A stretch of 64,000 nt of DNA, taken from Alphaproteobacteria bacterium. GTDB taxonomy: Bacteria > Pseudomonadota > Alphaproteobacteria > SHVV01. The stretch lies in contig CBDHDJ010000004.1 in the NCBI GenBank assembly GCA_965261645.1, positions 1,903,661-1,967,660 on the forward strand. Reading direction: 5' to 3'. Positions 28,295-38,160 of the stretch are shown here, in pieces (within the stretch, counting starts at the first letter, position 1; each line of letters opens with the position of its first letter). The position numbers and the translations under genes were made by a program. Below the pieces are notes generated by a model that searched no databases, was not told the DNA's origin, and saw nothing but the letters and a program-made list of their open reading frames with translations.

Positions 28295-28914
28295 TGGCTG
28301 CCGAGAAGTCCGCGGCCTCGGCGGAGACCGCGCCGGCCATCGAAAGTACGGAGGCGGCCGAGGCCGGCGCGGTGGACGAGCTCGCGGTGCTGTTCCCCGA
28401 TGTCGAGGTCACGGTGCGTGATCCCGAGAACGGCGCGGCCGTGGAGCTGATCGTGCGCGAGTTCCGCTTCCGCGAGGGCCTGGAGGCCCAGGCCGCGGCA
28501 CGCCCGCTGATCGAGATCCTGAGCGCGCTCGCGGAGCGCGCTGCCGCGAACGGCACCGACGATGCCGAGATCGGCGTCGCGGCGATCGAAGCCGTGATCG
28601 GGCAACATCCCGAAATCTGGCTCGACCTCGTCGCCCGCGCGAGCGGCCGCGAGGCCACTTGGCTCGCCTCCCTTTCGGATGCCGACGGCCGCGCTCTCAC
28701 GCTCGCCATGTGGCAGGCCAACGCCCCTTTTTTCGTCCGCCGCGTCATCGCCGGGGCGGTGGAGAATGCGGAGATGGCGAGGTTGTTCCGCTCGCTCGCG
28801 TCCTCGATTCGCTCGTCCGCGCCGGCCACGTACGCGGACATCACGACCTCTGCCGGCGTTGACCTGGCGCCAGATCGTCTTGTTCTGGCGCGAGGCCGAA
28901 CACCGCCGGGTTAG
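28294..28914 (+). CDS. putative tail assembly chaperone (gpG-like) with frame-shifted 3' extension to 28981
   Basis: Acidic 206-aa protein between major tail and tape measure. A coding-like extension (...LTWRQIVLFWREAEHRRVSEATELARTLCVMLMGGTVGED*) is open in the +1 frame and ends 14 nt before the tape-measure start. Confidence 0.5.
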   Translation: MAAEKSAASAETAPAIESTEAAEAGAVDELAVLFPDVEVTVRDPENGAAVELIVREFRFREGLEAQAAARPLIEILSALAERAAANGTDDAEIGVAAIEAVIGQHPEIWLDLVARASGREATWLASLSDADGRALTLAMWQANAPFFVRRVIAGAVENAEMARLFRSLASSIRSSAPATYADITTSAGVDLAPDRLVLARGRTPPG

Positions 28915-28994
28915 CGAGGCAACCGAGCTTGCACGGACACTGTGCGTGATGCTCATGGGCGGCACGGTTGGCGAGGACTGAGGTGACCGGCTAG

Positions 28995-31422
28995 ATGGCC
29001 CGCGATCTCGAGCTTGCACTGCGCGTGCGCACCGACCTCAACCGTGCCACCCGCGAGATCCGCGGCCTGCGCCGAGATTTGGCGCGCACCGGGCAGACCT
29101 CGGCGCGGGCCGCGCGCCAGACCCGCTCGCTGGCCTCGGCTTGGGAGCGCGGCGCCACCGGAATGGCCGGCGCCCGGCGCCAGCTCGTCGGCCTGCGCAC
29201 CGTCATCGCCGGGCTGGGCGTGGCACTTCTGGCACGCTCGTTCATTCAGGCGGCCTCCACCGCCGAGCAGTATGCCGTTCGCCTCCGCGTGCTGCTGCGC
29301 AGCCAGGAAGAAGCCAACCTTCTGTTCCGCGACGCCGCCGAGTTCGCGGGCCGGGTGCCGTTCCGCTACGAGGAGATCATGGAATCGGCGACCCAGCTCG
29401 CCGGTGTGCTGCGCGGCGGCCGATCTGTTCCGCGAGCGGGGCATTCTCGCCATGCTCGGCTTCCAGGCCGGGGTCAGCTACTCGGCGGCCCAGACCCGCG
29501 AGCAATTGCTTCGGGAGTGGCGGAAGACCGATTCACAGTTCCGCGGCGCCACCGACGAGCTCGCCGACACCTGGGCTGGGTTGATGTCGATGTTCGCCGA
29601 TCGCTGGTTCCAGTTCCGCACCCGGGTGGCGGGTGATTCCGGGTTCATGGACGAGCTCCGCGGCGAGATCGAGGACCTGCTGGCGCTGCTCGACGATCCG
29701 GAGACCATCGAGGCGGCTCAGGAGTTCGGTCTGGCGCTCGTGCACGGGCTGCGCGAGGCGGTGGATCTCACCCGCGAGCTGGCCGGGTGGATCGAGCATA
29801 ACCAGGACCTCGTGGCCGCCATCGGAGGGGCGTATGTGGGCGGACGCCTGGGCTCGTTCCTCGGTCCGAAGGGGGCGGCGGCAGGCGCGCTCATCGGCGG
29901 CGGTGCGGCGTACCTCGCCGCGGGCGCGGGTTCGGACGGCGAGATCGAACGGCTCGAGCGGCTACGCGATGAGAACGAGCGCAGAGCGCACTCACTGCGG
30001 ACCATCATCAGCCGCCTGGAGCGCGTGGGCATCGAAAACGAAGAGATCGCCCGGCGGCGGCGGGAGCTCGACGGCATCGAGAAACGGCTTGGGGAGATCG
30101 ACGCCGAGATCCGGCGCCTGGCCGCGGCGGCGGCGCATCAATCCGAGCTCGAGCCGACCGTCCCCGTGCCGCCGCACCCGCTGGCCGGGGCCAAACCCGT
30201 CGCCGGGTCGTCCGCGGACCCCGACGGAACGGCGGCATCGGACAAGCAGGCGGAGAGGTACATAGACCAGCTCAAGCGTGCGCTCGCACTGCATGGCGAG
30301 CTCGGCCACGAGCAGGCCGCACTCCACGAGCTCGAGCGTGGGCGGTTCAAGGAGGCCACGGCCGAACAACGCGAGGAGCTGCTCGCCCTGGCCCGCCGCC
30401 TCGACCTTCTCGAGGCGGTCAAGTCCGAGACCCAGGCGTTGGCGAAAGCCCGGGAGGAGGCCCGCGCCAACTACCTCGAGGCCGTGGAGGACATCCGGGC
30501 CGCCGATTTCGCGCTCGTCTCGCCTTATGAGCGCGCCCGCGCCGAGATCAAGCGCTGGCTCGCCGAGACCCTCAAGGCCTTGGAGGCCGGCGCGGCGGGC
30601 CACGAGGACTACGCGGGGCGCGTGGCCCAAGCCCATGCGATCGCCGCCGAGCGGCTCAGACGGGTCGAGGCGGAGGAGGCCGAGGAACGGCTGCGTGCCT
30701 CCAAGCACTGGCAGGACGGGGTGATCCGGGGCCTCAAGGACGTGGCGGACGAATCCACGGACGCGGCCGCGGCGATGGAAGACGCGACCACGCGCGCATT
30801 CAGCGGTATGGAGGACGCGCTGGTCGCCTTCGTTCGCACCGGCAAGCTGTCTTTCTCGGACCTGGTCGACTCAATCATCGCCGACATCGCCCGCATGACC
30901 ATCCGCCAGTCGATCACCGGGCCGTTGGCGGACGCGCTCGGAAGCATTCTCAAGGGCATCTTCAGCCCGGGCCCGGGCGGGCCCTACGCCGGGGCGGCGC
31001 CCGGTACCGCACCCCTGATCCCGGTCTATTCGGCCCCGCTGCCGGCGCCGATGCGACATTCCGGTGGCATCGCCGGGAGCCTGGGTGGCGTGCGCCGGTA
31101 CCTGCCGCCGGAGGTCTTCGCCCACGCGCCACGCTATCACCGCGGCGGGCTCGCCGGCATGCTCCGGCCGGACGAGGTGCCGATCATCGCGCAGACCGGC
31201 GAGCGCATCCTGTCGCGCGCCGAGACTCAAGCGCTCGGCCAGCCGCCCGCTATCGATATCAAGTTCGTCAACCAGGGCACGCCTCAGCAGGAGATCGACC
31301 GCGAGGTGCGCTTCGACGGCGCGCGGGCAGTGGTCACGATCTTTCTTGCCGACCTGGAGAACCACGGCGCCATCAGCCAGGGGTTCGAGGGCGCCTACGG
31401 GATCAGGCGGGCCGGGATCTGA
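28995..31422 (+). pseudogene. phage tail tape measure protein with +1 frameshift near 29415-29421
   Basis: N-terminal ~140 aa in ORF 28995..29636 (MARDLELALRVRTDL...ATQLAGVLRGG). The rest is in ORF 29014..31422 from ...AADLFRERGILAMLGFQAG. Removing one base from ggcggcc gives a continuous ...VLRGADLFRERGIL.... Long coiled-coil middle, C-terminal LTIRQSITG-type motif. Confidence 0.75.
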
Positions 31423-31802
31423 TGGCCGCCTGGCCCGACTATGCCGCGATCGCGGCCGACGGCTACGGTGTGCGGCAGGACGCCGACATCGCCCGCACAC
31501 CCTTCGACGACGGCCTGGTGCGCCAGGAGAAGCGCTACACGGCGGCGCTGACGGCGCGGCGTATCACGGCGCATTTAGCCGACGACGACGCCTACGGACG
31601 GTTTCGCCAATGGGCCGCCAAACACGCTCACCGCTGGTTCGCATGGGCCGACCCCGAGGACGGGATCACCCGCGAGGCCCGCGTGCGCGGCGGCGCCGGC
31701 GCCATCCAGTATCGGGCCCTGGTGCGCGGCGGGCGGCGGCGCTGGGAGCTCACCTGCGAGCTCGAGGGCTACATGGACCGCACCATCGAAACCGGAGTTT
31801 GA
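31422..31802 (+). CDS. minor tail protein (lambda gpM-like distal tail protein)
   Basis: 126 aa. PFDDGLVRQ...FRQWAAKHAHRWFAW...WELTCEL resembles the Phage_min_tail family. Confidence 0.5.
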   Translation: MAAWPDYAAIAADGYGVRQDADIARTPFDDGLVRQEKRYTAALTARRITAHLADDDAYGRFRQWAAKHAHRWFAWADPEDGITREARVRGGAGAIQYRALVRGGRRRWELTCELEGYMDRTIETGV

Positions 31803-31803
31803 C

Positions 31804-32184
31804 ATGGGACTGAAGACAGAAGGCGAAAAGCGGTGTTTCCAGGGCGGGCTGTTCAGCCGCGTCCTCTACGTCGCGCTGCACACCGCCGACCCCGACGCCG
31901 CCAACGAGCTCACGGAAAGCGGTTACGCAAGGATTCCGGTCAACGCCGCCGGCTGGCAGGTGGACACGGCCACGGGCGAGGCCTCGAACGTCGACGATAT
32001 CGCGTTTCCCGAACGCACCGTGGACTGGAGCGACCCGACCCATGTCGGGCTGTGGGACCAGGCCGCGGCGGGCAACCTGCTCGCCTCGCTCGCACTCGAT
32101 AGCGACGTGTCCGCGCCGGCCCCCCATGTCGAGGTGTCCTTCCCGGCCGGGACGCTCGCCGTCAACCTCGAGACCGACGTCTAG
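31804..32184 (+). CDS. hypothetical tail-module protein (126 aa)
   Basis: Coding-like ORF between two minor tail genes. Confidence 0.4.
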   Translation: MGLKTEGEKRCFQGGLFSRVLYVALHTADPDAANELTESGYARIPVNAAGWQVDTATGEASNVDDIAFPERTVDWSDPTHVGLWDQAAAGNLLASLALDSDVSAPAPHVEVSFPAGTLAVNLETDV

Positions 32185-32199
32185 GACACCCATCCGGCC

Positions 32200-32860
32200 A
32201 TGCCCGGTCAATCGTTCTTCGATGCGACGATGAACCTCGGCGATGAGAGCCAGGGCTATTGGCGCTGCTCGGCGCCGGCGTCCCGGTTTGCCGGCGACCT
32301 GACGATCCGGCCGGCGGCGCGCGATCCTCCGATCGCGACCGAGATCATCGACGGCACAGGGCCGACCTGGCCCAGAAACATCCGGCTGCGCGACGACGCG
32401 GGGCGGGTCCTCATCAATCTCTCCAACACGCTGGATCACGAATCCTCCGAGGTCGACGAGCTCACGGCCGCGGCCGAGTGCGATATCCGCTTCTGCGTCC
32501 AGTTCCGGAACCGGCGCCTGACCATCGCGATCGGGGATACCACCGAGCCCTATCACTTTCTGCCGGCCAACGCCGCCGAGGTGCTGTCCTTCGTCACCGA
32601 CTGGAAGGCCGACGCCGGCCGCGGCACCGAGCCGGTGCATGCCGCCCTCGTATGGGGTGGGGCCGATTCACGGATCGACTTCACCGAGTTCACCACCCGG
32701 CCGCCGCCGCTGCGTCTCGCCGCCACCCTGGCCGGACACGGCCGGTTGGGCGGCCGCGCCCGGCTCCGCCAGCGCCTGCGCTTGCGCGCCACGCTGACGG
32801 ATGGGCGCCTCACGGGAAGCGCCGGACTCCATCAACGCCTTCGTCCCGGCTCGACGCTGA
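32200..32860 (+). CDS. hypothetical tail protein; reading frame stays open across the following tandem repeats
   Basis: The first ~165 aa look coding (MPGQSFFDATMNLGDESQGYWR...). There is no in-frame stop before the downstream DUF2163 gene, which lies in another frame. Confidence 0.4.
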
Positions 32861-32900
32861 ACGCAGGCGGGCGGGCGGGCGGGGCTGCGCTTGCGCGACC
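32701..32900. repeat. degenerate ~63-69-bp tandem repeat (3-4 copies) ending in a (GGCG)4 microsatellite at 32866-32881
   Basis: Units begin cgcctgcgcttgcgcgccacgctg / cgccttcgtcccggctcgacgctg / cgcctacgtccacgcgcttcgtgcg. The 13-mer ctgcgcttgcgcg recurs at 32775 and 32887. Confidence 0.5.
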
Positions 32901-33361
32901 CCAACGCCTACGTCCACGCGCTTCGTGCGAGCGCGCCCGAGACCGTAGTGCTGACCGCGATCGAGATCCTCCATCCGGCGATTGCCGAACCGGTGCGCGT
33001 CGTCAACGACGCCGCCGACCACGTGATCGAGGGACGGACCTATGTGGGCCTGCGCTTCGGCGCCCGCTTCGCCGACGACATCGAGGGTCAGGCGCCCCGG
33101 GCCGATCTCGTCATCGACAATGTCGGGCGCGAGCTCACACAGTGGATCGAGGCCGCGCAGGGTGGCGCCGGCGCCACCGTGCGCGTCATGCAGGTGGTGG
33201 CGGGCGATGCCGATACGCCCGAATGGGAGATGACCATGGACGTGGCCCACGTCCGCCTCGACCAGGAGCGCGTTACCGCCCGGCTCGGTTTCGATCCGCT
33301 CTTGGGCCGCGCCGCCGTCACGCGGCGCCACGACCCGCAGACCTCGCCGGGGCTGTTCTGA
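32861..33361 (+). CDS. minor tail protein (DUF2163-like, GTA g13 N-domain-like)
   Basis: TVVLTAIEILHPAIAEPVRVVNDAADHVIEGRTYVGLRFGARFADDIEGQAPRADLVIDNVGRELTQWIEAAQGGAGATVRVMQVV fits the DUF2163 pattern. No ATG. First in-frame start is TTG at 32891. Frame opens at 32861. Confidence 0.6.
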   Translation, partial: TQAGGRAGLRLRDPNAYVHALRASAPETVVLTAIEILHPAIAEPVRVVNDAADHVIEGRTYVGLRFGARFADDIEGQAPRADLVIDNVGRELTQWIEAAQGGAGATVRVMQVVAGDADTPEWEMTMDVAHVRLDQERVTARLGFDPLLGRAAVTRRHDPQTSPGLF

Positions 33362-33786
33362 TGCGCTCCAGCAGCGAAGCGGTAGCGCAATCACCAAACC
33401 GGCATTGGGCGGAAGCCTATGTCGGTCGCGCTTACATCGAAGGCCGCTTCGACTGCGCCGATCTCGTGGTGCTGGTGATGCGCGAGCGCTTCGGGGTCGA
33501 TCTTGTCCTGCCCGCCCATGCCGCGGGCGTGCGCGCACGCGATGCCCAGATCGCGGCGCTCGAGGGCCGGTTCGCGGCGCCAGCCGATGAGCCGCGGGAG
33601 GGCGATGCGGTGCTGATGCGGGCGGCGGGGCGCAAGCGTGCCCTCGGCCACCATATCGGGGTGTGGTGCGAGCCCGGTGTCCCCCACGTGCTGCACTGTC
33701 TCAAGGGCATCGGCGTCTGCCTCCATCCCTTGCGCGCGCTCCACCTTCACGGCCTCGAGGCCGCCGGGGCCTACCGATGGCTGTGA
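33361..33786 (+). CDS. NlpC/P60 family phage cell-wall peptidase (GTA g14-like)
   Basis: 141 aa with FDCADLVVLV...GDAVLM...HHIGVW (Cys/His NlpC/P60 catalytic arrangement). ATG overlaps the upstream TGA. Confidence 0.7.
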   Translation: MRSSSEAVAQSPNRHWAEAYVGRAYIEGRFDCADLVVLVMRERFGVDLVLPAHAAGVRARDAQIAALEGRFAAPADEPREGDAVLMRAAGRKRALGHHIGVWCEPGVPHVLHCLKGIGVCLHPLRALHLHGLEAAGAYRWL

Positions 33787-36700
33787 ACGGCCCCGGCAAG
33801 GCCCTTGCAAGGCCCGTTCAAGGGCATGTAACCACCGATCTCTGGCCCCACCCGCTGACCGCGGAAGCGCGCGAGACGCGCCGCGTCGCGGTGCGTCCGG
33901 GCGAGACGCTGGCCGGCCTCGCGGCGCAGGAGGCGCACCGCCTCGGCCTCGATGGCGGCGCCATCGCCGCCGCCGTCAACGGCCGGACCGTGCCGCCCAT
34001 GGCGTGGGAGGCCACGGTGCTTGCCGGCGGCGACATCGTCACGCTCCGGGCCACCCTGCGCGACGGCGGCGGCGATTCCGATCCCCTGCGCACCGTGCTC
34101 ACCATCGCCGTCATGGTGGCGGCGTATGCTTTCGGTGGGCCGCTGGGAGCGGCCATCGGCATTCCGGCCGGCGCCGGCGCGGGGCTTGGCATCGGCGCGA
34201 GCGTACTGCAGCAAGCGATCGGCGGCGCCCTTATCAGCCTCGCCGGCAATCTCATTATCAACGCGCTGGGGCCACCGCGTTTGCCCCCGGCACCGACGCC
34301 CGCGGCGGCCGGCGGCGCGGCCGAGCCGGCTATTCGCTTTCGGGCGGCGCCAACCGCGTGCGCGCCTATGAGCCGCTCCTGTTGACGGTCGGCACCCACC
34401 GGGTGTTTCCCGACCTCGGCGCGGCCGAATACACCGAGTTCGCAGGCGACGATCAGTACCTCCACCAGATCTTCCACTTCGGCCTCGGCGATCTCGCCAT
34501 CGACACCCTCAAGATCGGTGATTCGCCCCTGGACGCCTTCGAAGAAGTCGAGACCCAGTATGGCGATGCGCAGGGCCGCATCACCCTGGTCGCCGGCAAC
34601 GTCGACAGCGAGGCCGGCGCGGCGCTCGACGACACCGAATGGATCGAGCGCACCGCGGCCGCCGAGACCAGGCGCATCGGCATCGACCTCGCCGGCTCGC
34701 TGTTCCGCATCTCCGATCAGGGCGGCGTCGGCCGCCACGCCGTCGCCATCGAGATCGAGTACTGGCCGCAAGGCAACGAAAGCCTGAAGACAAGCCACGC
34801 GGTCACCCTCGAGAATGCCGACACCACGCCCTACCGCAAGACCCTCTCCTACGATCTTGCTGCGCCCGGCACCTGGACGGTGCGGGTGCGCCGCACCGCC
34901 GCGCCCGCGGCCTCCGACCGTATCCACGATCAGATCACCTGGGCGGCGCTCCGGTCCTACCAGCCCGATACCGACGATTATGCCGGCCAGACCCGGCTCG
35001 CGCTTAAGATCCGCGCCTCGGGCCAGCTCTCCGGCCGCCTCGATCGGCTCTCGGCGACGGTCAAGCAGAAAATCCCGGTGTGGGACGGGGCACGGTGGAG
35101 CGCCCCGCAGGCCTAGAGCAATCCGGCCTGGCTCTTTCGCTGGTATGCCAAGGGCATCCATATCGACGGCAAGCTCGTCGCCGGCGCCGGCCTCGCCGAT
35201 GCCCGCATCGACGACGCGGCGATCAAGACCTGGGGCGCCTGGTGCGACGCCCAGGGGCTCGCCTGCGACTACGTCATCGACAGCACCACCACTCATGCCG
35301 AGGTGCTCACCCTGATCGCCCAGTGCGGCCGCGCCAGCCCGACCTGGCAGAGCGGAAAGCTCGGTGTGGTGTGGGACGAGGCGGGCAGGCCCGCGACCGC
35401 CCTGATCACGCCCGCCAACATCGTCGCAGGCTCGTTCGAGATCGATTACGCGAGCGGCAAGACGGCCGAGGAGATCGTCTGCCGCTACATCGATCCCGAC
35501 CTCGACTGGCAGTGGAACTCGGTGCGCCGCACCGTGCCCGGCGTCTCTGCCCCCGGCGCCAGCGCCACGCTGACGCTGGCCGGCGTGACCTCCCGCGCCC
35601 AGGCCGCCGCCGAATACAACCTCCAGGCCGCCCGCCAGACCTATCACCGCCGCCGCCTCAAGTGGGAGATGGGCGCCGAGGGCATGGCCGTCGCCCGGGG
35701 CGACGTGGTTCACCTGACCCATGCGCTGATCGACGGCGGCACCGCCGGGCGGCTTACCGGCGGCACGGCCGACCGTCTCGAGATCAACCGCCCCGTCACC
35801 CTCGCGGGCGCCGAGGAGTACCTGCTGTTGCGCCTGCCCGACGGAACCCTGCACAGTACGGTCGTGAATCATCCGGACGGCGCCGGGGAATCAGGCGAGA
35901 CCGATATCGTGGTGCTCGCAACCCCGCTGCCGGCGGCCCCGGACGCCAACGGCGCCAACCCGCTCGATACCCTGTGGCGCCACTATCCGGCCGACGCGCC
36001 GCCCGCCCGGGTGCGCATCGTCGCCATGGAGCCCACCGCCAATGGCCGCGTCCGCCTCGAGGCCATCGACGAGGTCGAGGCCTATTACGCCGCCGCCACA
36101 TCCGACCTCGCGGTGCCGCTGCCGCCCGCGCTACGGCGCACCGCCCGGGTGCTGCACATCGCGATCTCCGAGACCCTGATCCGCGTCGGTAACAGTTACG
36201 CCGTCGAGATCGCCGTGAGCCTCACCGTCGCCGGCGACTGGCGCGGCGGCATCGTCCGCGCCGCCCTCGACGGCGGCCGCGTCCGTACCGTCGCCAGGCT
36301 CACGGACGGCGCGACCGAGGCCACCTGGCGCGTGCCGCCCTTGGGCGCCATCACCATCACCGCCGTCCCCGGCACCGAGACCGCGCCCGCCGGCACGCCG
36401 TTCACCATCGACCACGCCATCCAGGGCAAGTTGGTGCCGCCGGACAACGTCGCGAACTTCCTGGTCGATGCGCTGGGCGACGGCACCAGGCGGTTCCGCT
36501 GGTCCCCACCGCCCGATCCTGACCTCGCGGGTTACCGCATCCGCCATGCCGAGGCCGTCCAGGGCGGCACGCCGCCCGCCTGGGACGACATGACGCCCTT
36601 GCATGACGGTCTGTTGACCTCCTCGCCCTACGAGACCAACGATCCCCGCGCCGGCCGCTTCGTCTTCGCCGTCCGCGCCGAGGATACCTCGGGCAGGCTC

Positions 36701-37435
36701 TCGGCCGCAGCCGCACATATCGTCGCCGAGCTCCCCGATCCCCGCCTCGGCGATGCCTTCCTGTGGGAATGCCCCTCCGCCCTGGGCTGGCCCGGCACCA
36801 GCGAGAACGCCGTGCGCTCAAACGACGGCATGGATGCGCTGGAGGCCACCGGCGCCTACACCTGGGAAGATCTCACCGCCTGGGACTATTGGATCTCATG
36901 GGCGCTCGGCGACGGCGGCGACGGCGTCACCGCCATGACCTACACCACCGAGGCCATCGACATCGGCGCCACCGCGCCGCTCTCGATCTCCTGGGACGCC
37001 ACGGTCTCGGGCGATGCCACCCTGCAATACCGCACCGCAGAGACCGCCGGGGAACTCGATGCCGCGGCCTGGACCGACCATGCCGCCGCCACGCTCCTCA
37101 CCGCCCGCCACCTCCAGCTCCGCTGGCGGCTCACCGGCGACGGCGCCACCATGCTCCGCCTCGATCACCTGTGCTATTCGCTCCTCGGCACCGCCGCCGA
37201 GCAGAAGTTCCTCGATGTCGATACCTCGGACTGGGCCGGCTCGGCCGCGGCGGGCCGCGAGGTGCCGGCCACCCTCGCCGTGGTCACCGATATCGATCTT
37301 ACCCTGCAATCGGTCGGAGCCGGCTGGTCCTGGGTGCTCGACTCAAAGAACGATCCCACCCGCATCAAGATCTTCGACGGCGATGGCAATCCCGCCGATG
37401 CCGTCATCGACGCCGTCGTTCACGGCGTCGCCTGA
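33777..37435 (+). pseudogene. host-specificity / tail tip protein (lambda J / GTA g15-like), disrupted by a -1 frameshift (~34300-34335) and in-frame TAG (35114-35116)
   Basis: Three coding-like segments. 33777-~34320 in frame 0 (MAVNGPGK...NALGPP). ~34320-35113 in frame 2 (GGANRVRAYEPLLLTVGTHRVF...). 35117-37435 in frame 2 after TAG (...SAPQA*SNPAWLFRWYAKGIHIDGKLV..., the NPAW region is conserved in J-like proteins). Confidence 0.75.
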
Positions 37436-37449
37436 AAGGGAAACATCCC

Positions 37450-38091
37450 ATGAGCTGGCCCACCGACGACCTCAGCACGGACCACTTAGATGCCGGCGCC
37501 GACAGCCCGGCTGACGCCCGGTCCATGATCAAGAAGGTGATCGATTACCTCAAGGCGGTCCTCGGCGCGCGGGGCGCCGCGAACGGCTTCTGCGAGCTCG
37601 ATGCCGACGCCAAGGTACCGCCCGCCCGCATCGGCCGCGGCGGCGCCGATGGGACGGCGCCCCTCGATGCCGTATCCAAGCTGCCCCGCACCCATCTCCC
37701 CGATGCCACCGCAAGCGCCGCCGGCGCCCTGCGCAAGGCCACAGACGCCGAGGCCGAAGGTGGAACCGGCGAGGGCGCCGTCACCGCCCGCCAGCTCGCA
37801 CGGCGTACCGCAACCGCCGACCGCGCCGGCCTCGTCGAGATCGCCACCGATACCGAAACCATCACCGGAACCGATACCGGCCGCGCCGTCACGCCCAAGA
37901 ACCTCAAGGCCGCTCTCGAGGCCCTCGATCCAACCGAGATCCGCGTTGCAACCGCGAACAGCTATACCGGCATCGGCGATCACAGCACGTTAGATCGTTG
38001 CGACCTCGCCGTCGCAACCGAGAATGGCGTGCTCACCATCACCCTCACAAACCACATCAGCCTTCAGCGCACCGGCCAGGGTCCGAGGTGA
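37450..38091 (+). CDS. putative tail fibre protein
   Basis: 213 aa with the fibre-like motif GLVEIATDTETITGTDTGRAVTPKNL. Last gene before the prophage end. Confidence 0.55.
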   Translation: MSWPTDDLSTDHLDAGADSPADARSMIKKVIDYLKAVLGARGAANGFCELDADAKVPPARIGRGGADGTAPLDAVSKLPRTHLPDATASAAGALRKATDAEAEGGTGEGAVTARQLARRTATADRAGLVEIATDTETITGTDTGRAVTPKNLKAALEALDPTEIRVATANSYTGIGDHSTLDRCDLAVATENGVLTITLTNHISLQRTGQGPR

Positions 38092-38160
38092 TGATGGCGT
38101 CCATCCAACCACCGCGTCCGTCCCATTCACACGACGGAACAGGCCCTGAATCGAGGTGAA

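Noticed and set aside
32200-33786. Treating ORF 32200..33786 (528 aa) as one real protein
   Set aside because: Its middle third is the out-of-frame shadow of the DUF2163 gene (tandem repeats and garbage composition). Only the first ~165 aa, and the last 141 aa as the separate NlpC/P60 gene, look coding.
3381-37435. Stop-codon reassignment (TGA=Trp or TAG=Gln) as explanation for the in-frame stops
   Set aside because: Intact neighbouring genes (gene I, capsid, Gp37/68, housekeeping genes) terminate with ordinary TGA and TAG at positions matching their homologs' C-termini. No suppressor tRNA is seen in the window. A high-GC proteobacterial host with genetic code 4 or 15 would be unprecedented.
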